Made by a program: the position numbers and the translations under genes. Positions 28,156 to 37,660 of a stretch of 64,000 bases of DNA are shown here, one piece after another (the stretch's first letter is position 1; each line of letters starts with the position of its first letter). The stretch is from a virus (Duplodnaviria > Caudoviricetes), in IMG/VR virus record IMGVR_UViG_3300042199_000463, positions 1-64,000 of that record. One strand, written 5' to 3'. A model generated the notes under the pieces. It worked only from the letters and a program-made list of their open reading frames with translations, made no database searches and had not been told where the DNA came from.

Positions 28156-29728
28156 TCCAAAAAGTTAACTCGTGATCAATATCAATCCAGCCGTCCTCTT
28201 CTTTGGGCTCCATCTCGCCCCTGCGCTCTCTTATCTGCAAGGCAAGTTTTTCCGTGTCCGTCAAAGGACGGTCCACAATGCCCTCTTCCTTCACAGGCAA
28301 AAGCTCTTCTTTGGAAAACTGAATGGAACCCCAGTCCCACGGCACTTGCAGCACACAGTAACGGAGAGCATCCGTTAAATCGTCCTGTATCTTTCTATTT
28401 TTCTCGGCGGGTGCGGTCATGAGCTCGGCACACATCTTCTCGCCGTCTTCAGTGTCGAAAATATCAAGCATCCCGTGCTTGAAAAGTGCGTTGAGTGTGT
28501 TGATGCCGTTAAACTTGCCTTTGTCGGCTGGGATAAAATTTTCAGATGCTCTCGAAGATATCAAACCAAATTCTTTACTCGCGTAATCGTAACACGCCTG
28601 CGTGACACTGATGCCGGCACGCATTCTTCTGTACTGATCCAAAATATCTCCGGCGGAAGTCTCCATCTCATCTCCGCGCCAGATCTTAAATACCGCTGCT
28701 TTGGTGTACTGCGGATTTACTGCCAAGAAAACAATCGCACCAGCAGATGGATGCGTGTTCAAATACGCTTTTCTACCGCTACCTACGTCGACCGCAGCAT
28801 ACACACGCCAATCCATTGAAATCGGATAGGGCTCCACAAAATGACGAGCCGCCTGAAAATGCGGGAAACGCAAATCATCATCTTTGACAAAGCGCCCGTA
28901 CACACGCTTTTGTACTTCCGCCTCGGAGCTGCACTCACTCTCACGCTTTTTGATGCGCTCAAGCGACCAAGCACCCGGCGTGCCGTCCTCATAAAACTGA
29001 CAGTCGTATAAAGAAACAACTTGCTTGTGCGCGCCCTTGAACGCCTCGTTTTCGTAACCAATGCGCTCCATGGTGCGATACCAAAGCATCTGCCCACGGG
29101 TGGCCGTGAACACCATACTAAAATATCCGTCAGTACTGGAAAGACGTGCGGCAAGTTCGTCGTAGTAGTCTTCCGGACACTCCTCATCAATGAAACACGC
29201 ATGCAGCGTTGCGGACTGAAGATTTTTTACAGCCTGCGAGTAGTACTTAAAGTAAATCGTCACACCACTGTTAAAATGCACGCAATCGATTTCTTTTTTC
29301 TTGTACTCAGCCTTCCACCCGTAAACATTATGAATCTGCATGTCGCCACGAGGCATGAACTCTGGCACCCACTTTTTTTCAAACTCCGACGTTGCTGTTG
29401 CGGCATCGGGATAGAAGTACCAAAATTGCCTCGGAGGAAGATTTTTCTCCGGCCACAACTCTTTCCATAAAGTCTTGTTCGTTGCGTACTCAATCGCCTT
29501 TCTAATGTTAGAAGACGATTTTGAAATCTGGTTTCCACCAGTCAAAAATGAAATCTGATTTTTAGTCTCGAAAAATTCTCTGGCCCACTTGTACCACTTG
29601 AAACCGTACAAATGCGGAAGCTCAGCACGCTTTTTTGCACGCGCTGACTCAATCTTCCTTTTTACAACCCGCGCCTCGGCGGAGGTCATGTCAGGCTTGA
29701 TTACCGCTTTCTGTATCTTCTGATTCAA
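28136..29728 (-). CDS. terL: Terminase large subunit of phage 1
   Basis: 530 aa; TGGNQISKS P-loop variant, Walker B CFIDEECP, coupling motif FTAT, nuclease AAVDVGSG and DDLTDALRY. Confidence 0.9.
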   Translation of the reverse strand: MNQKIQKAVIKPDMTSAEARVVKRKIESARAKKRAELPHLYGFKWYKWAREFFETKNQISFLTGGNQISKSSSNIRKAIEYATNKTLWKELWPEKNLPPRQFWYFYPDAATATSEFEKKWVPEFMPRGDMQIHNVYGWKAEYKKKEIDCVHFNSGVTIYFKYYSQAVKNLQSATLHACFIDEECPEDYYDELAARLSSTDGYFSMVFTATRGQMLWYRTMERIGYENEAFKGAHKQVVSLYDCQFYEDGTPGAWSLERIKKRESECSSEAEVQKRVYGRFVKDDDLRFPHFQAARHFVEPYPISMDWRVYAAVDVGSGRKAYLNTHPSAGAIVFLAVNPQYTKAAVFKIWRGDEMETSAGDILDQYRRMRAGISVTQACYDYASKEFGLISSRASENFIPADKGKFNGINTLNALFKHGMLDIFDTEDGEKMCAELMTAPAEKNRKIQDDLTDALRYCVLQVPWDWGSIQFSKEELLPVKEEGIVDRPLTDTEKLALQIRERRGEMEPKEEDGWIDIDHELTFWNEMYGN

Positions 29729-30434
29729 GGGTCAAAACCTCAACTCTTTCCGGAGGTGAAGATAAAGGAAGCTTTTCCGTCTTGTCGGCAGAAATAATTT
29801 TTTGCACACGCGTGTCAATCGCATCAAGCTCTTGCAACGTAAGACGGTCAAAATCGGAAGGAGTCAAATTCATCGAAGTAGAGTGCTGCTGAATTTGCAG
29901 CTTTTGCGTGACCGCACCTCGTACTCTGTTGTCAGCTACTTGCTGAATCTTTAAAACCAACGACGCTAATTTGTAGTCGAATTTTCCCTGCGGAGTCTTC
30001 AAAGGCATGTTCAAAATGTCTTCGATCTTGCGGTTCGCACGATCAAGAATATACCGCATCGTCAATTCGTAACTTCTAGGCGGCAACGTGATAAATGCTA
30101 CGTTCCAATTGACCTTCAAAATACGGTCGTAAAAGTGCGCCCTGTCGCAATGACGAGCCACAATATTTTTGATCTGCATCAGCTCACCGGCAAAAACTGC
30201 ACGGTCGTATTCATCCCAAAATGAGAGCCTTAAACGGTTCATCAAAGCCGTCGATAAACGCACCTTTTCTAACTTGGGCTCATCCATTTGAAAGAGACTT
30301 GGAGCCTGCTCCAAAGCACGGCGGATCGCTAATCTGAACTCATCAGATTCAATCAGGTTCACCATGCTGCGAGGATTGTCGAAGTCAAAGCGCGAAAGCT
30401 CCGCTCCTTCTTGTAGGGCAAGTGCCTTACTCAT
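29691..30434 (-). CDS. Terminase small subunit-like protein of phage 1
   Basis: 247 aa helical protein immediately upstream of TerL; positional call only. Confidence 0.55.
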   Translation of the reverse strand: MSKALALQEGAELSRFDFDNPRSMVNLIESDEFRLAIRRALEQAPSLFQMDEPKLEKVRLSTALMNRLRLSFWDEYDRAVFAGELMQIKNIVARHCDRAHFYDRILKVNWNVAFITLPPRSYELTMRYILDRANRKIEDILNMPLKTPQGKFDYKLASLVLKIQQVADNRVRGAVTQKLQIQQHSTSMNLTPSDFDRLTLQELDAIDTRVQKIISADKTEKLPLSSPPERVEVLTLESEDTESGNQA

Positions 30435-31091
30435 GTAGGATGTACCTTTGGCGGCGGATTTTTGATTTTAATTTACAGTAGAATTTCAGGGTAATTTTAA
30501 AGTGTCAAGGGCAATTTTTAGATGGGTGCGATTTTGTTGGGGATTTTTGTTTTTGTGCGGTTTTCGTGTGGTTTTGTTTTTTAAAAAAAGAGGAGCAGGG
30601 GGCCTAGAAAATTAAATTTCCATCGTGACCCAGCCCCCCCGTTGATATTACGGGCCAAAATTTCCGAACATCCAAAAGTCCAATGATTACGGTAACTTGA
30701 TCAACAAAACGCCGCCAACGGTCCAAAGATCCTTAAAGGAAAAAGGACAAAAGACTCATAAGAAGCCAATGCATCGCGGCGCGTAAGGCAAATTGGGACG
30801 TTTATAAAGGGGTTAAGGAAGGACCCCAGCGGCGACGGCTCCAGCGTACAGCATGGTAAATAGAACGGACGAAAGGGGCTCGGTATTAGCGCGCAAAATT
30901 CATAGTCCGTTAGCTTTACATACATTCCAAATGACAGGGGCGCTAAACTCTTAATCCTTTAGGTTGCTCCTTAACCACCAGCGACTAAGCCTTTAAAACC
31001 GCTAAAAACCCTTATTCATTAAAGCCACCATCACTTAACCCTAAGCTAATCCGCCCATCCAGCCACTTTAGCCTTGACGGAATTGATTCTT

Positions 31092-31115
31092 GATCAAACG
31101 ATCAAACGATCAAAC
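31092..31115 (+). repeat. Tandem repeat (GATCAAAC)x3
   Basis: Read directly: gatcaaac gatcaaac gatcaaac. Confidence 0.85.
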
Positions 31116-31265
31116 TGTAAACTAACGCAAAAAAAGCGCCCTCCTCGGCGCTTTAGTCACTTTATCTTTAGTCTTAACCCTAATCCTCACCAATCGCTGT
31201 CGTTTGATGCGTCAACGAAAGCGCACAGCAAAATCAAGATAGGTAAAGCAAACAGCAAACTCATC

Positions 31266-31511
31266 TCAAACTCCATTAGCGAAATAATAAAGGCAATCGT
31301 GACAAACTTCACCTAGGTTTAAAATCCGATTGCTAGTGAGGTCATAGCCACTGCAATCATAAACGCTCGTGCCGCCTTGACCGCAACAGTTGCACCCATC
31401 GTAGCTGAAATAAGAGCCGCTTTCGCTGTCGATTGCGGAGCAGCATATAACTCCCTCTGACTTCAAAAACTCATCGCAAATTTCAGCACGCGACATTTTA
31501 ACGTCGTTCAT
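31266..31511 (-). CDS. Small Cys-rich (Zn-binding) early protein (81 aa)
   Basis: CNCC and CHDC motifs; ATGA overlap with the upstream gene. Confidence 0.65.
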   Translation of the reverse strand: MNDVKMSRAEICDEFLKSEGVICCSAIDSESGSYFSYDGCNCCGQGGTSVYDCSGYDLTSNRILNLGEVCHDCLYYFANGV

Positions 31512-32035
31512 TTTGTTATCCTCACTTTCACAAAATCAGTTTTCGCACCTAAGATTTCTGATTTACCCGAAAAGAAAATCATTTCATCGTCAGCGCTGGC
31601 GCCGATTTCGACGTGAAAGTCTTTGTGGTAAAAAATCTTTTGAAAGTTTACGTCCATAAGGAATTCAGTGTTCCTGCTCACAGGTTTTCTATCTTTTGAA
31701 AAAATAAAATCGGTGTTGGGGAAACTTTCCTGAACGATGGGAAACCTTGAAAGCGCTTTCCCATCAAAAAACTCAATCGTGCTTTCGGTGATGCTTATCT
31801 GATTTAAGAGTCTAGCCTTACTAATCGCTGTTAGTGCCGCATGGCTCAGGCTAACTTCGCTAACCGCCGCGCTAAGATCCGAGGGAATTGCTGTCACCTG
31901 CTTGAGCGCACCAAACCCATTTGTGCTAATCAACGTTAGTTTGCAATCCTTTATTATAAGTCGTGCCACTCTTCTAAAACCCATTCCGTTTTTATCCACG
32001 AGTTCTAGTGCTGCTTTCGCCATTTTGTTAAGCAT
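31508..32035 (-). CDS. Hypothetical early protein, weakly beta-clamp (DnaN)-like (175 aa)
   Basis: ISTNGFGAL and ESFPNTDFIF echo the DnaN ATDGHRL and FPDY motifs; weak. Confidence 0.35.
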   Translation of the reverse strand: MLNKMAKAALELVDKNGMGFRRVARLIIKDCKLTLISTNGFGALKQVTAIPSDLSAAVSEVSLSHAALTAISKARLLNQISITESTIEFFDGKALSRFPIVQESFPNTDFIFSKDRKPVSRNTEFLMDVNFQKIFYHKDFHVEIGASADDEMIFFSGKSEILGAKTDFVKVRITK

Positions 32036-32047
32036 AGAATTTTGTCC

Positions 32048-32371
32048 TTAGTTGAAAGCATAAAAAGTTTGGCCATCGAATTCTATAAATTTGCCTTCGC
32101 TTGTTTCAGCGTCCAGCCATCTAAGGAATTCTTGACGGTAAGCGATTGTGTCAACCATTTTAAACGTGCTTGACGCATCATAACTAAGCAATCCGACTTT
32201 AAAAGGCTCAACTCCGTCGTCAAGGTGTTCATCGAAAAGGCTTTCTAATTCCCTTTCTGACGGGGGCTCACATTCGGTCATTTCGGAGTCACAGCTAGGG
32301 CAAATAAGCGTTATCTCTTCTTCCCGTTTCTCAAAGTGGGTGCATTCATTGCAGCAATAATAAAAACTCAT
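32048..32371 (-). CDS. Acidic early protein with N-terminal Zn ribbon (107 aa)
   Basis: CNEC...CPSC, then acidic LFDEHLDD...VDTIAYRQEFLRWLD. Confidence 0.65.
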   Translation of the reverse strand: MSFYYCCNECTHFEKREEEITLICPSCDSEMTECEPPSERELESLFDEHLDDGVEPFKVGLLSYDASSTFKMVDTIAYRQEFLRWLDAETSEGKFIEFDGQTFYAFN

Positions 32372-32375
32372 AATT

Positions 32376-32615
32376 TCACCCGACCAATTTGAAAGTTTTG
32401 CGAATTTCGATGTGGTAAGCCTTCACGCCCTCGTTAGCTAACGCTAACAAAGCTTTTGACTTAGTTACTTTGTTTAGGCTTCTAAAACGCGCTAGATAAT
32501 TTCTATCAGGACAATTAGTCCATCGCTGATACTGCGCAAAGGTTAGCTTCTCGCTTATCTTAGAATGAATTCGCTCACAGGAATGAAACATAAAGCACCC
32601 ATTATTTGCGCCCAC
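32376..32615 (-). CDS. Hypothetical early protein (79 aa)
   Basis: Co-oriented with the leftward early operon. Confidence 0.5.
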   Translation of the reverse strand: MGANNGCFMFHSCERIHSKISEKLTFAQYQRWTNCPDRNYLARFRSLNKVTKSKALLALANEGVKAYHIEIRKTFKLVG

Positions 32616-33040
32616 TCCTTAGGCTGATTAGTCCTGCTTTAGTTATTGCACGCCTTGTGCCACCGATAATTCCTTAGCCTTTTCCGCCAAAAACCTTTGC
32701 GCCAGCGACTAGTTTTTAGTCAAAACATCGGTTTTCCCAGTCTTTTCGCTTTGACGCTTGTCTAATCCTTTGACACCCCGCATCCCATGGTCCACCGAAA
32801 AACTCCTCATATCGGCGCTAGGGGAAAACTTTTTGGGAATCCGAAAATCCAATTTTTGGCCACATCCTCTAAAAACGTCTAAAACAAATCCTGACGAGTT
32901 TTGTATAAAAAATGAATAAGGCTGATTACGGCAGCATTTGACGCAACAGCGTCAACTTTAGAGCGTTTAAACGGCATCCCATCACCGCACCCACTTTTCC
33001 AACCCTCCCCAACGGCGAGGTAATAGCTTTTCGGGAGTAG

Positions 33041-33356
33041 GTGACAGGAAATCACCTGTCCCTTTTAGTGCCGTCACCTTTAATCGTCACACCGATTTTC
33101 TTTTTTAATTTGCGGTACTTATTTCTTGAAAGTGACAGGTGACATATAAATTTATATATTATACGGGTGAGAAAGAGATATATGCATAATACGTGTGTGT
33201 ATGTGTGATATATATATTAAGGTATCGAAAATTACCCGTCACCTGTCGCTTTTTGCTCTAACAAAATGATATCGCAGATAAAAACAAGGGTACAGGCATA
33301 AATTTTCGCCTGTACCCGTACCGTCACCCTGTCACTAACCGTCACACCGCCGTGAC
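33041..33356. promoter_or_regulatory. Putative replication origin of phage 1 (GTGAC iterons around an AT/TA tract)
   Basis: Ten GTGAC/GTCAC copies (33041, 33073, 33086, 33132, 33139, 33238, 33323, 33331, 33341, 33352) around atataaatttatatattata; immediately downstream of the helicase gene. Confidence 0.7.
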
Positions 33357-33369
33357 GAAATCATTGGCT

Positions 33370-34935
33370 TTATTGCAGATGACTTTGCCCGTCCTTACTT
33401 GGCACCTCATCGCCCTCAAATCCCTCAACGACGAGTTCTGGCCGATTATCGAATCCAAAAGTCCGTCTCGCAGAGTTGGTTAAGGTAAGCCCTCTAATGC
33501 CTCTGACCTGCTTTTGGCCCTTGATCTTAATCTTGGTCCTTAGTGAATCTGGCCACTGTTTGGCGATGGCCGCATATATTTTCCTTATAAGCTGGCTTGG
33601 CGGGTTGCCTTTCGCACTTGGATAATAAGCCTTGACAATCGTCTCAATATCGCACGCGGTGATAAAGCTCTTCTTCCAATCTTTCTCCGGCCTCTCAATG
33701 CACGCCGCAATCATCTCGTCAACCGTATCCTCGCCTTCTTTGTCCTCAAACACAGCTTTTATGCTTTCCGCAGCATAGGGGATTCTCTCGTGATTGGGGC
33801 AAAGCTGCATGTATAGCCGGTAGCATCGTGTAAGAAACGGGGCCGCCTCTTTCAAGAGCTCCGCGTCAAATTGTGCCTCAGAAATTTTTTTCACATCGCT
33901 TTCAAGAGGCTTAAACTCGAAGTACATCGCACGTTTTCTATTGGCCAATGTGTCATCCATTTTCGGGATCTTGTTACTAGAGAAAATAAACTTGCACTTC
34001 ATCTTCACGCTCATCGCAGGCATTCCTTTGCCTTCAATGCGCACGTAATCATCTCCTGTTATAGACTTAAATGTGCCCGTGGAGACGAATGCCGGATTAT
34101 CCTCATCGCCAAAGCAAACAAACCGTTTCCCGAAAATTTCGTACGCCCAAAAGTGTTCTCTCATTTTATTTGGTGCCTGTGTGCTGCACGCACTTCGCCC
34201 GAAAATGTTGTAAAGAAAACTAAGAAGCCGCCCTTTGCCATTATCTCCTTCTCCGTAAAGCCAGCAGTACTGTGTCCTTGAGGCTTCTTCATCGAAGAGG
34301 CTGCCAATCCACGCCATAAGTGGCTCTGGATTATCGCAGCGGCTGAGGATGCTATCAAAATAGGGTGTTTCACCTTCTTGATCTAATGAGAACGGAAGTT
34401 TTTCCCATGTCCATCCGTGGTGCTCGTGCGCCTGTTGTATGGAGTGTATGGAATCAGCCTTAATGGTTCGTGCCATATGCTGCATACAGCGCACAACGTC
34501 CTCAACGTTATTTGGTGCGGGGTTCTGATATTCAAACCCTAAAGATCTTCCGTAGTCGCAAACGGCGCGCCTTAGTCCTGCGATGGAAGTAGGCCGCAAT
34601 ATGTTAGTAAGCCGCCCTTCCTCATCTTGCAGTACTTCAGCGAACGTGACATTCGCAGTTAAGTCCTCCACGCAAACAAATCTTCTGCCGTGTGGCATAT
34701 TTTTGGTCGCCGGATTTTCTATGTAGCCAATTGTCTCTGAGATAAGCTGCCGGTTTTTGACCCATAAAGAATTTTTCTTTTCAGAGGCACTATGCCCGCC
34801 TCCGCTTCCTCCGTCCCCTCCGCCATTTCCTCTTTTGTTCACAACTTTTTTGATGCTCACGACGTTTTCTTTGCTGTCTGCATTTTTGTCTGCATTTTCG
34901 TTTGCATCTTTTGCGCCTTCTAGTTTATCGCTCAC
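33370..34935 (-). CDS. SF3 (D5/P4-type) helicase
   Basis: 521 aa; Walker A WLYGEGDNGKG, Walker B FVCFGDE, sensor IFSSN, IEGKG segment. Confidence 0.85.
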   Translation of the reverse strand: MSDKLEGAKDANENADKNADSKENVVSIKKVVNKRGNGGGDGGSGGGHSASEKKNSLWVKNRQLISETIGYIENPATKNMPHGRRFVCVEDLTANVTFAEVLQDEEGRLTNILRPTSIAGLRRAVCDYGRSLGFEYQNPAPNNVEDVVRCMQHMARTIKADSIHSIQQAHEHHGWTWEKLPFSLDQEGETPYFDSILSRCDNPEPLMAWIGSLFDEEASRTQYCWLYGEGDNGKGRLLSFLYNIFGRSACSTQAPNKMREHFWAYEIFGKRFVCFGDEDNPAFVSTGTFKSITGDDYVRIEGKGMPAMSVKMKCKFIFSSNKIPKMDDTLANRKRAMYFEFKPLESDVKKISEAQFDAELLKEAAPFLTRCYRLYMQLCPNHERIPYAAESIKAVFEDKEGEDTVDEMIAACIERPEKDWKKSFITACDIETIVKAYYPSAKGNPPSQLIRKIYAAIAKQWPDSLRTKIKIKGQKQVRGIRGLTLTNSARRTFGFDNRPELVVEGFEGDEVPSKDGQSHLQ

Positions 34936-34971
34936 ACAAACCTCTTTACTTTCTGTCTTGTTGATTTTTAG

Positions 34972-35820
34972 TTAATTGTTAGTGTTGCTGCCGTTTTCTT
35001 TTACAGCGCCGCTGTCTCGTTGTCCTTTGCAGTATTCCTCATAATCCGCCGCCGCTGCTCTAAAGCCGTACTCGATTTGCCGACGCACCTCGTCTGCGCC
35101 GATGCCCATAAGGCTCACAGATCCATTGCACAACTCGAACACTTCCTCTTCTGTGTAGCCGTGCCGAGCCAAAGCAGCACCAATTCTGTAGCAGGCTTTG
35201 TGCCTTCCTCCGACTTCGACTCTGGATGTCAGATAAAACGAGACATCCTTTGGCCAATCGAGCGGAGATTTGGTGCCTCTTCTGTAAAAGAACTTCCGTT
35301 CCTCCACAAACTTCGACCAATGAAAAAGCCCGCCATCCTCACCAGAAAACACCGCGACATCTCCTACAGAGCGCCAAAAAAAGCGTGCGGCATCGGTGCA
35401 GCTATTGTCGCAAGGGAGCTCCGAGCAGAGGAGTTTCATCGTGTGCACATAATCCAGCATGCTAGTGCACTCGTCCGCGCAAACGATGACCCGAAACCTA
35501 TCGCACGGAGGACTTTCGCCCTTTTGCTTTTGGTGGCTCTTAGTTGTGGCGAGGATGAATGGTGCTTTGGTACTGCAAAAATAGGCTTTTGCGTCTTCGA
35601 GTGTCCAGATGCCGGAGTCAAAATCAAAGGCCATGAGTGAAGCACTTACAAAGTTCTTTCCAAACCGCACGCCATTTTCCCATACACACGGGGACCAATT
35701 TTCCTTCATGATTACTTCTGACAGTTCTTTAATTGTGAGTTCTTTGGTGTAGAAATCTTTTTGATGCTTTGGGTTCATTGATTTGTTTAGAGACAGTGAT
35801 ACTACATGCTTTGAGCGCAT
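34972..35820 (-). CDS. Archaeo-eukaryotic-type primase/prim-pol with PriCT-like C-terminus
   Basis: 282 aa; AFDFD (DxD), ATTKSH, DRFRVI motifs; C-terminal GGRHKACYRIGAAL. Confidence 0.8.
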   Translation of the reverse strand: MRSKHVVSLSLNKSMNPKHQKDFYTKELTIKELSEVIMKENWSPCVWENGVRFGKNFVSASLMAFDFDSGIWTLEDAKAYFCSTKAPFILATTKSHQKQKGESPPCDRFRVIVCADECTSMLDYVHTMKLLCSELPCDNSCTDAARFFWRSVGDVAVFSGEDGGLFHWSKFVEERKFFYRRGTKSPLDWPKDVSFYLTSRVEVGGRHKACYRIGAALARHGYTEEEVFELCNGSVSLMGIGADEVRRQIEYGFRAAAADYEEYCKGQRDSGAVKENGSNTNN

Positions 35821-35922
35821 TCTTTATTTCCATTGACTACAGTGTAAAAACTAAGTAGGTGTGCACTAAGAAAATTTTTGTGAGAGAACATCTTAGTCAG
35901 AATATTTCAGGGAGGGCAAGCG

Positions 35923-36096
35923 TTGAATTGGGAGGCCGTACTTAGCGACTATGCGCAGAAGCTTCGCGCCGTTGAAATTTATGACAAAAGGTTCGATGAT
36001 TTGCGTGAAGACGTAAGAAAAATTTATTTGATCACGAAGGACCCCAAGGTGCGTGAGATGGCGCACCGGATGCTTTCTGAGCTACAAACACCTTGA
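35923..36096 (+). CDS. Small early protein (57 aa; TTG start)
   Basis: Manual translation MNWEAVLSDYAQKLRAVEIYDKRFDDLREDV; GGAGG 7 nt upstream. Confidence 0.6.
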   Translation: MNWEAVLSDYAQKLRAVEIYDKRFDDLREDVRKIYLITKDPKVREMAHRMLSELQTP

Positions 36097-36251
36097 CAAA
36101 TTTTTTCAAACACTAGCTTGGAGGTGCCTTATGCTCTGCCAGCACGAGGGTTTTTATGTGGCGGTGAAGTTACTAGCACTCTTTGGTGTGTTTTCTGTGT
36201 TGGCTCTTGTGGGCACACTTGCATTTCTAATTTTAACGCAAAAGAAGGTAC

Positions 36252-36518
36252 GTGATGCGGAAAATATTTCTTCTCTTCGCAGTTAGTGGTTGTGCGTCCA
36301 ATGATCCGTGCCTCATGCAGGAAGAGCTTGATCAGCAAGGTTGTACAACGTGTGAGTTGGCTACCTATATCAGAAGGCTTGAGAACGTAGCGAAGGCAGC
36401 TAAGAAAGCGGTGTACGACACAGCACACAAACCAGAATGTGTCGGAAAGCGTGGAATATTTTGTAAGTGCTGGCAGAAGGAAGTATTCGAGGCTCTTGTT
36501 GAGTTGGGAGATTACTAA
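36252..36518 (+). CDS. Small Cys-rich putative lipoprotein (88 aa)
   Basis: MRKIFLLFAVSGC lipobox-like signal. Confidence 0.6.
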   Translation: MMRKIFLLFAVSGCASNDPCLMQEELDQQGCTTCELATYIRRLENVAKAAKKAVYDTAHKPECVGKRGIFCKCWQKEVFEALVELGDY

Positions 36519-36751
36519 TGGACGAACACGATTCAATTTGCAGTACGGCATTGCACCACATGAAGATCAACGATTTGATTCATGAGTATGCTACTTTGAA
36601 ACTTCAGAACAGAAAGCTGTTGGCTGTGGTTAATGCGGCGAAGGTTTGGGCTGAGCCAATTAAGGCTAGTTCGGTAATGGAATCGAGCGAGAAGAAGTCA
36701 GATAAAGATTCTAGGTTATATGCTGCCTTGAAAGAATTGGAGCGAGAATGA
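36518..36751 (+). CDS. Modular small early protein (MDEHDS head + KLLAVVNAAK linker)
   Basis: 77 aa; shares segments with 37881-38123 and 59126-59485. Confidence 0.7.
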   Translation: MDEHDSICSTALHHMKINDLIHEYATLKLQNRKLLAVVNAAKVWAEPIKASSVMESSEKKSDKDSRLYAALKELERE

Positions 36752-36975
36752 CTACATTGGTTCGTCTCAAGGAATTGGCTGCTATGGAATGGCTTTGTGA
36801 AGAAAGTGTTGATGAAGTTTTGGATGCGTTCCCGAAGTAAATGGCCGTGGTTGATGCGGCAAAGAAGCACGCTGCGGCAAGTGTTGACTATCGACTTGGC
36901 AAGATCGCGGAAGCGGATTTAGCTGGGCACTATAACAAGCTAGTAAACTCGATTAAAGAATTGGAGAAGTCATAA
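36748..36975 (+). pseudogene. Modular small early gene with in-frame TAA
   Basis: MTTLVRLKEL...DAFPK*MAVVDAAK...IKELEKS; TAA at 36838-36840 aligns with Leu in NALPKLLAVVDAAK (59126-59485). Confidence 0.65.
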
Positions 36976-37209
36976 ATGGTATTCGGTAGCCATAATGACG
37001 ATCAAATGTATGGTGATCCAATTGATAGTTGGAGAAAGAAGGTTTCTGAACTAGAGCAAAAACTCGCCATCGCTCGGGAGGCGTTGGAGCTAACGATTGA
37101 TACGTTGGATCATTTTCAATATTCGGTACACGATTCAGCCGATACGAGATTCATGCAAGCTAGACTCGAAACTGCGCGAGCTGCGCTGGAGAAAATAACT
37201 AAGGAGTGA
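36976..37209 (+). CDS. Modular small early protein (ELEQKLAIAREAL...ARAALEK)
   Basis: 77 aa; linker and tail shared with 59485-59673. Confidence 0.7.
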   Translation: MVFGSHNDDQMYGDPIDSWRKKVSELEQKLAIAREALELTIDTLDHFQYSVHDSADTRFMQARLETARAALEKITKE

Positions 37210-37418
37210 GAATGGGCTTCGCAATAGCAAGTAACAAAAAGTACAAGCCGCGAAAGCCTAACCATTTTTCATTAGAGCAACGGGACGCGTTTTTCTGTGC
37301 GACGCTTCAGCCGGATGAAATAGAAGTTAGGCACAGGTACTTAAATTATAAGGAAGCAAGAAAGCTTGCAAAGTGGCTTCTAAAAGCCGCTGATTACTTG
37401 GAGAGTAAAGAGAAATGA
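37206..37418 (+). CDS. Hypothetical early protein (70 aa)
   Basis: Overlapping start and stop codons with neighbours. Confidence 0.6.
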   Translation: MRMGFAIASNKKYKPRKPNHFSLEQRDAFFCATLQPDEIEVRHRYLNYKEARKLAKWLLKAADYLESKEK

Positions 37419-37660
37419 TCGACATAGAACTCCCAATCCAGCCAATCAACAAAGCTACGTTCTCGCTAGAGGATTTGGCGGAGTATTTGGCTCACGCTGT
37501 TGATGAAACGCAGGGAGCATTTTTCAATGCGTATATGAGCAAACTTATGGATGCGTGTAGTATGAACAACTCGCATTGGCAGATGCAAGCAATCATGCTG
37601 AAAAAGTATTTGAACAGCGATGCGAAAGATTTTTTTAATTTTGTGGGAGTGGATGGATGA
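37415..37660 (+). CDS. Hypothetical early protein (81 aa), homologue at 59767-60021
   Basis: IELPIQPI(N/D)KATFSLEDLAEYLAHAVDETQG shared. Confidence 0.75.
   Translation: MIDIELPIQPINKATFSLEDLAEYLAHAVDETQGAFFNAYMSKLMDACSMNNSHWQMQAIMLKKYLNSDAKDFFNFVGVDG

Noticed and set aside
32048-32371. T7 Ocr-type DNA mimic
   Set aside because: Acidic and early, but no recognisable similarity to Ocr and it has a Zn ribbon; left as hypothetical.
35020-35640. Long antisense or alternate-frame ORFs (also 491-943, 29021-29470, 33871-34281, 40739-41236, 43475-43900)
   Set aside because: They overlap well-supported genes, lack motifs and RBS, and look like shadow ORFs.
35830-36120. Sigma70 promoters at TTGACT (about 35829) and TTGACA (about 36093; also minus strand about 30508)
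   Set aside because: No convincing -10 box at 16-18 bp spacing, so they are not reported as features.
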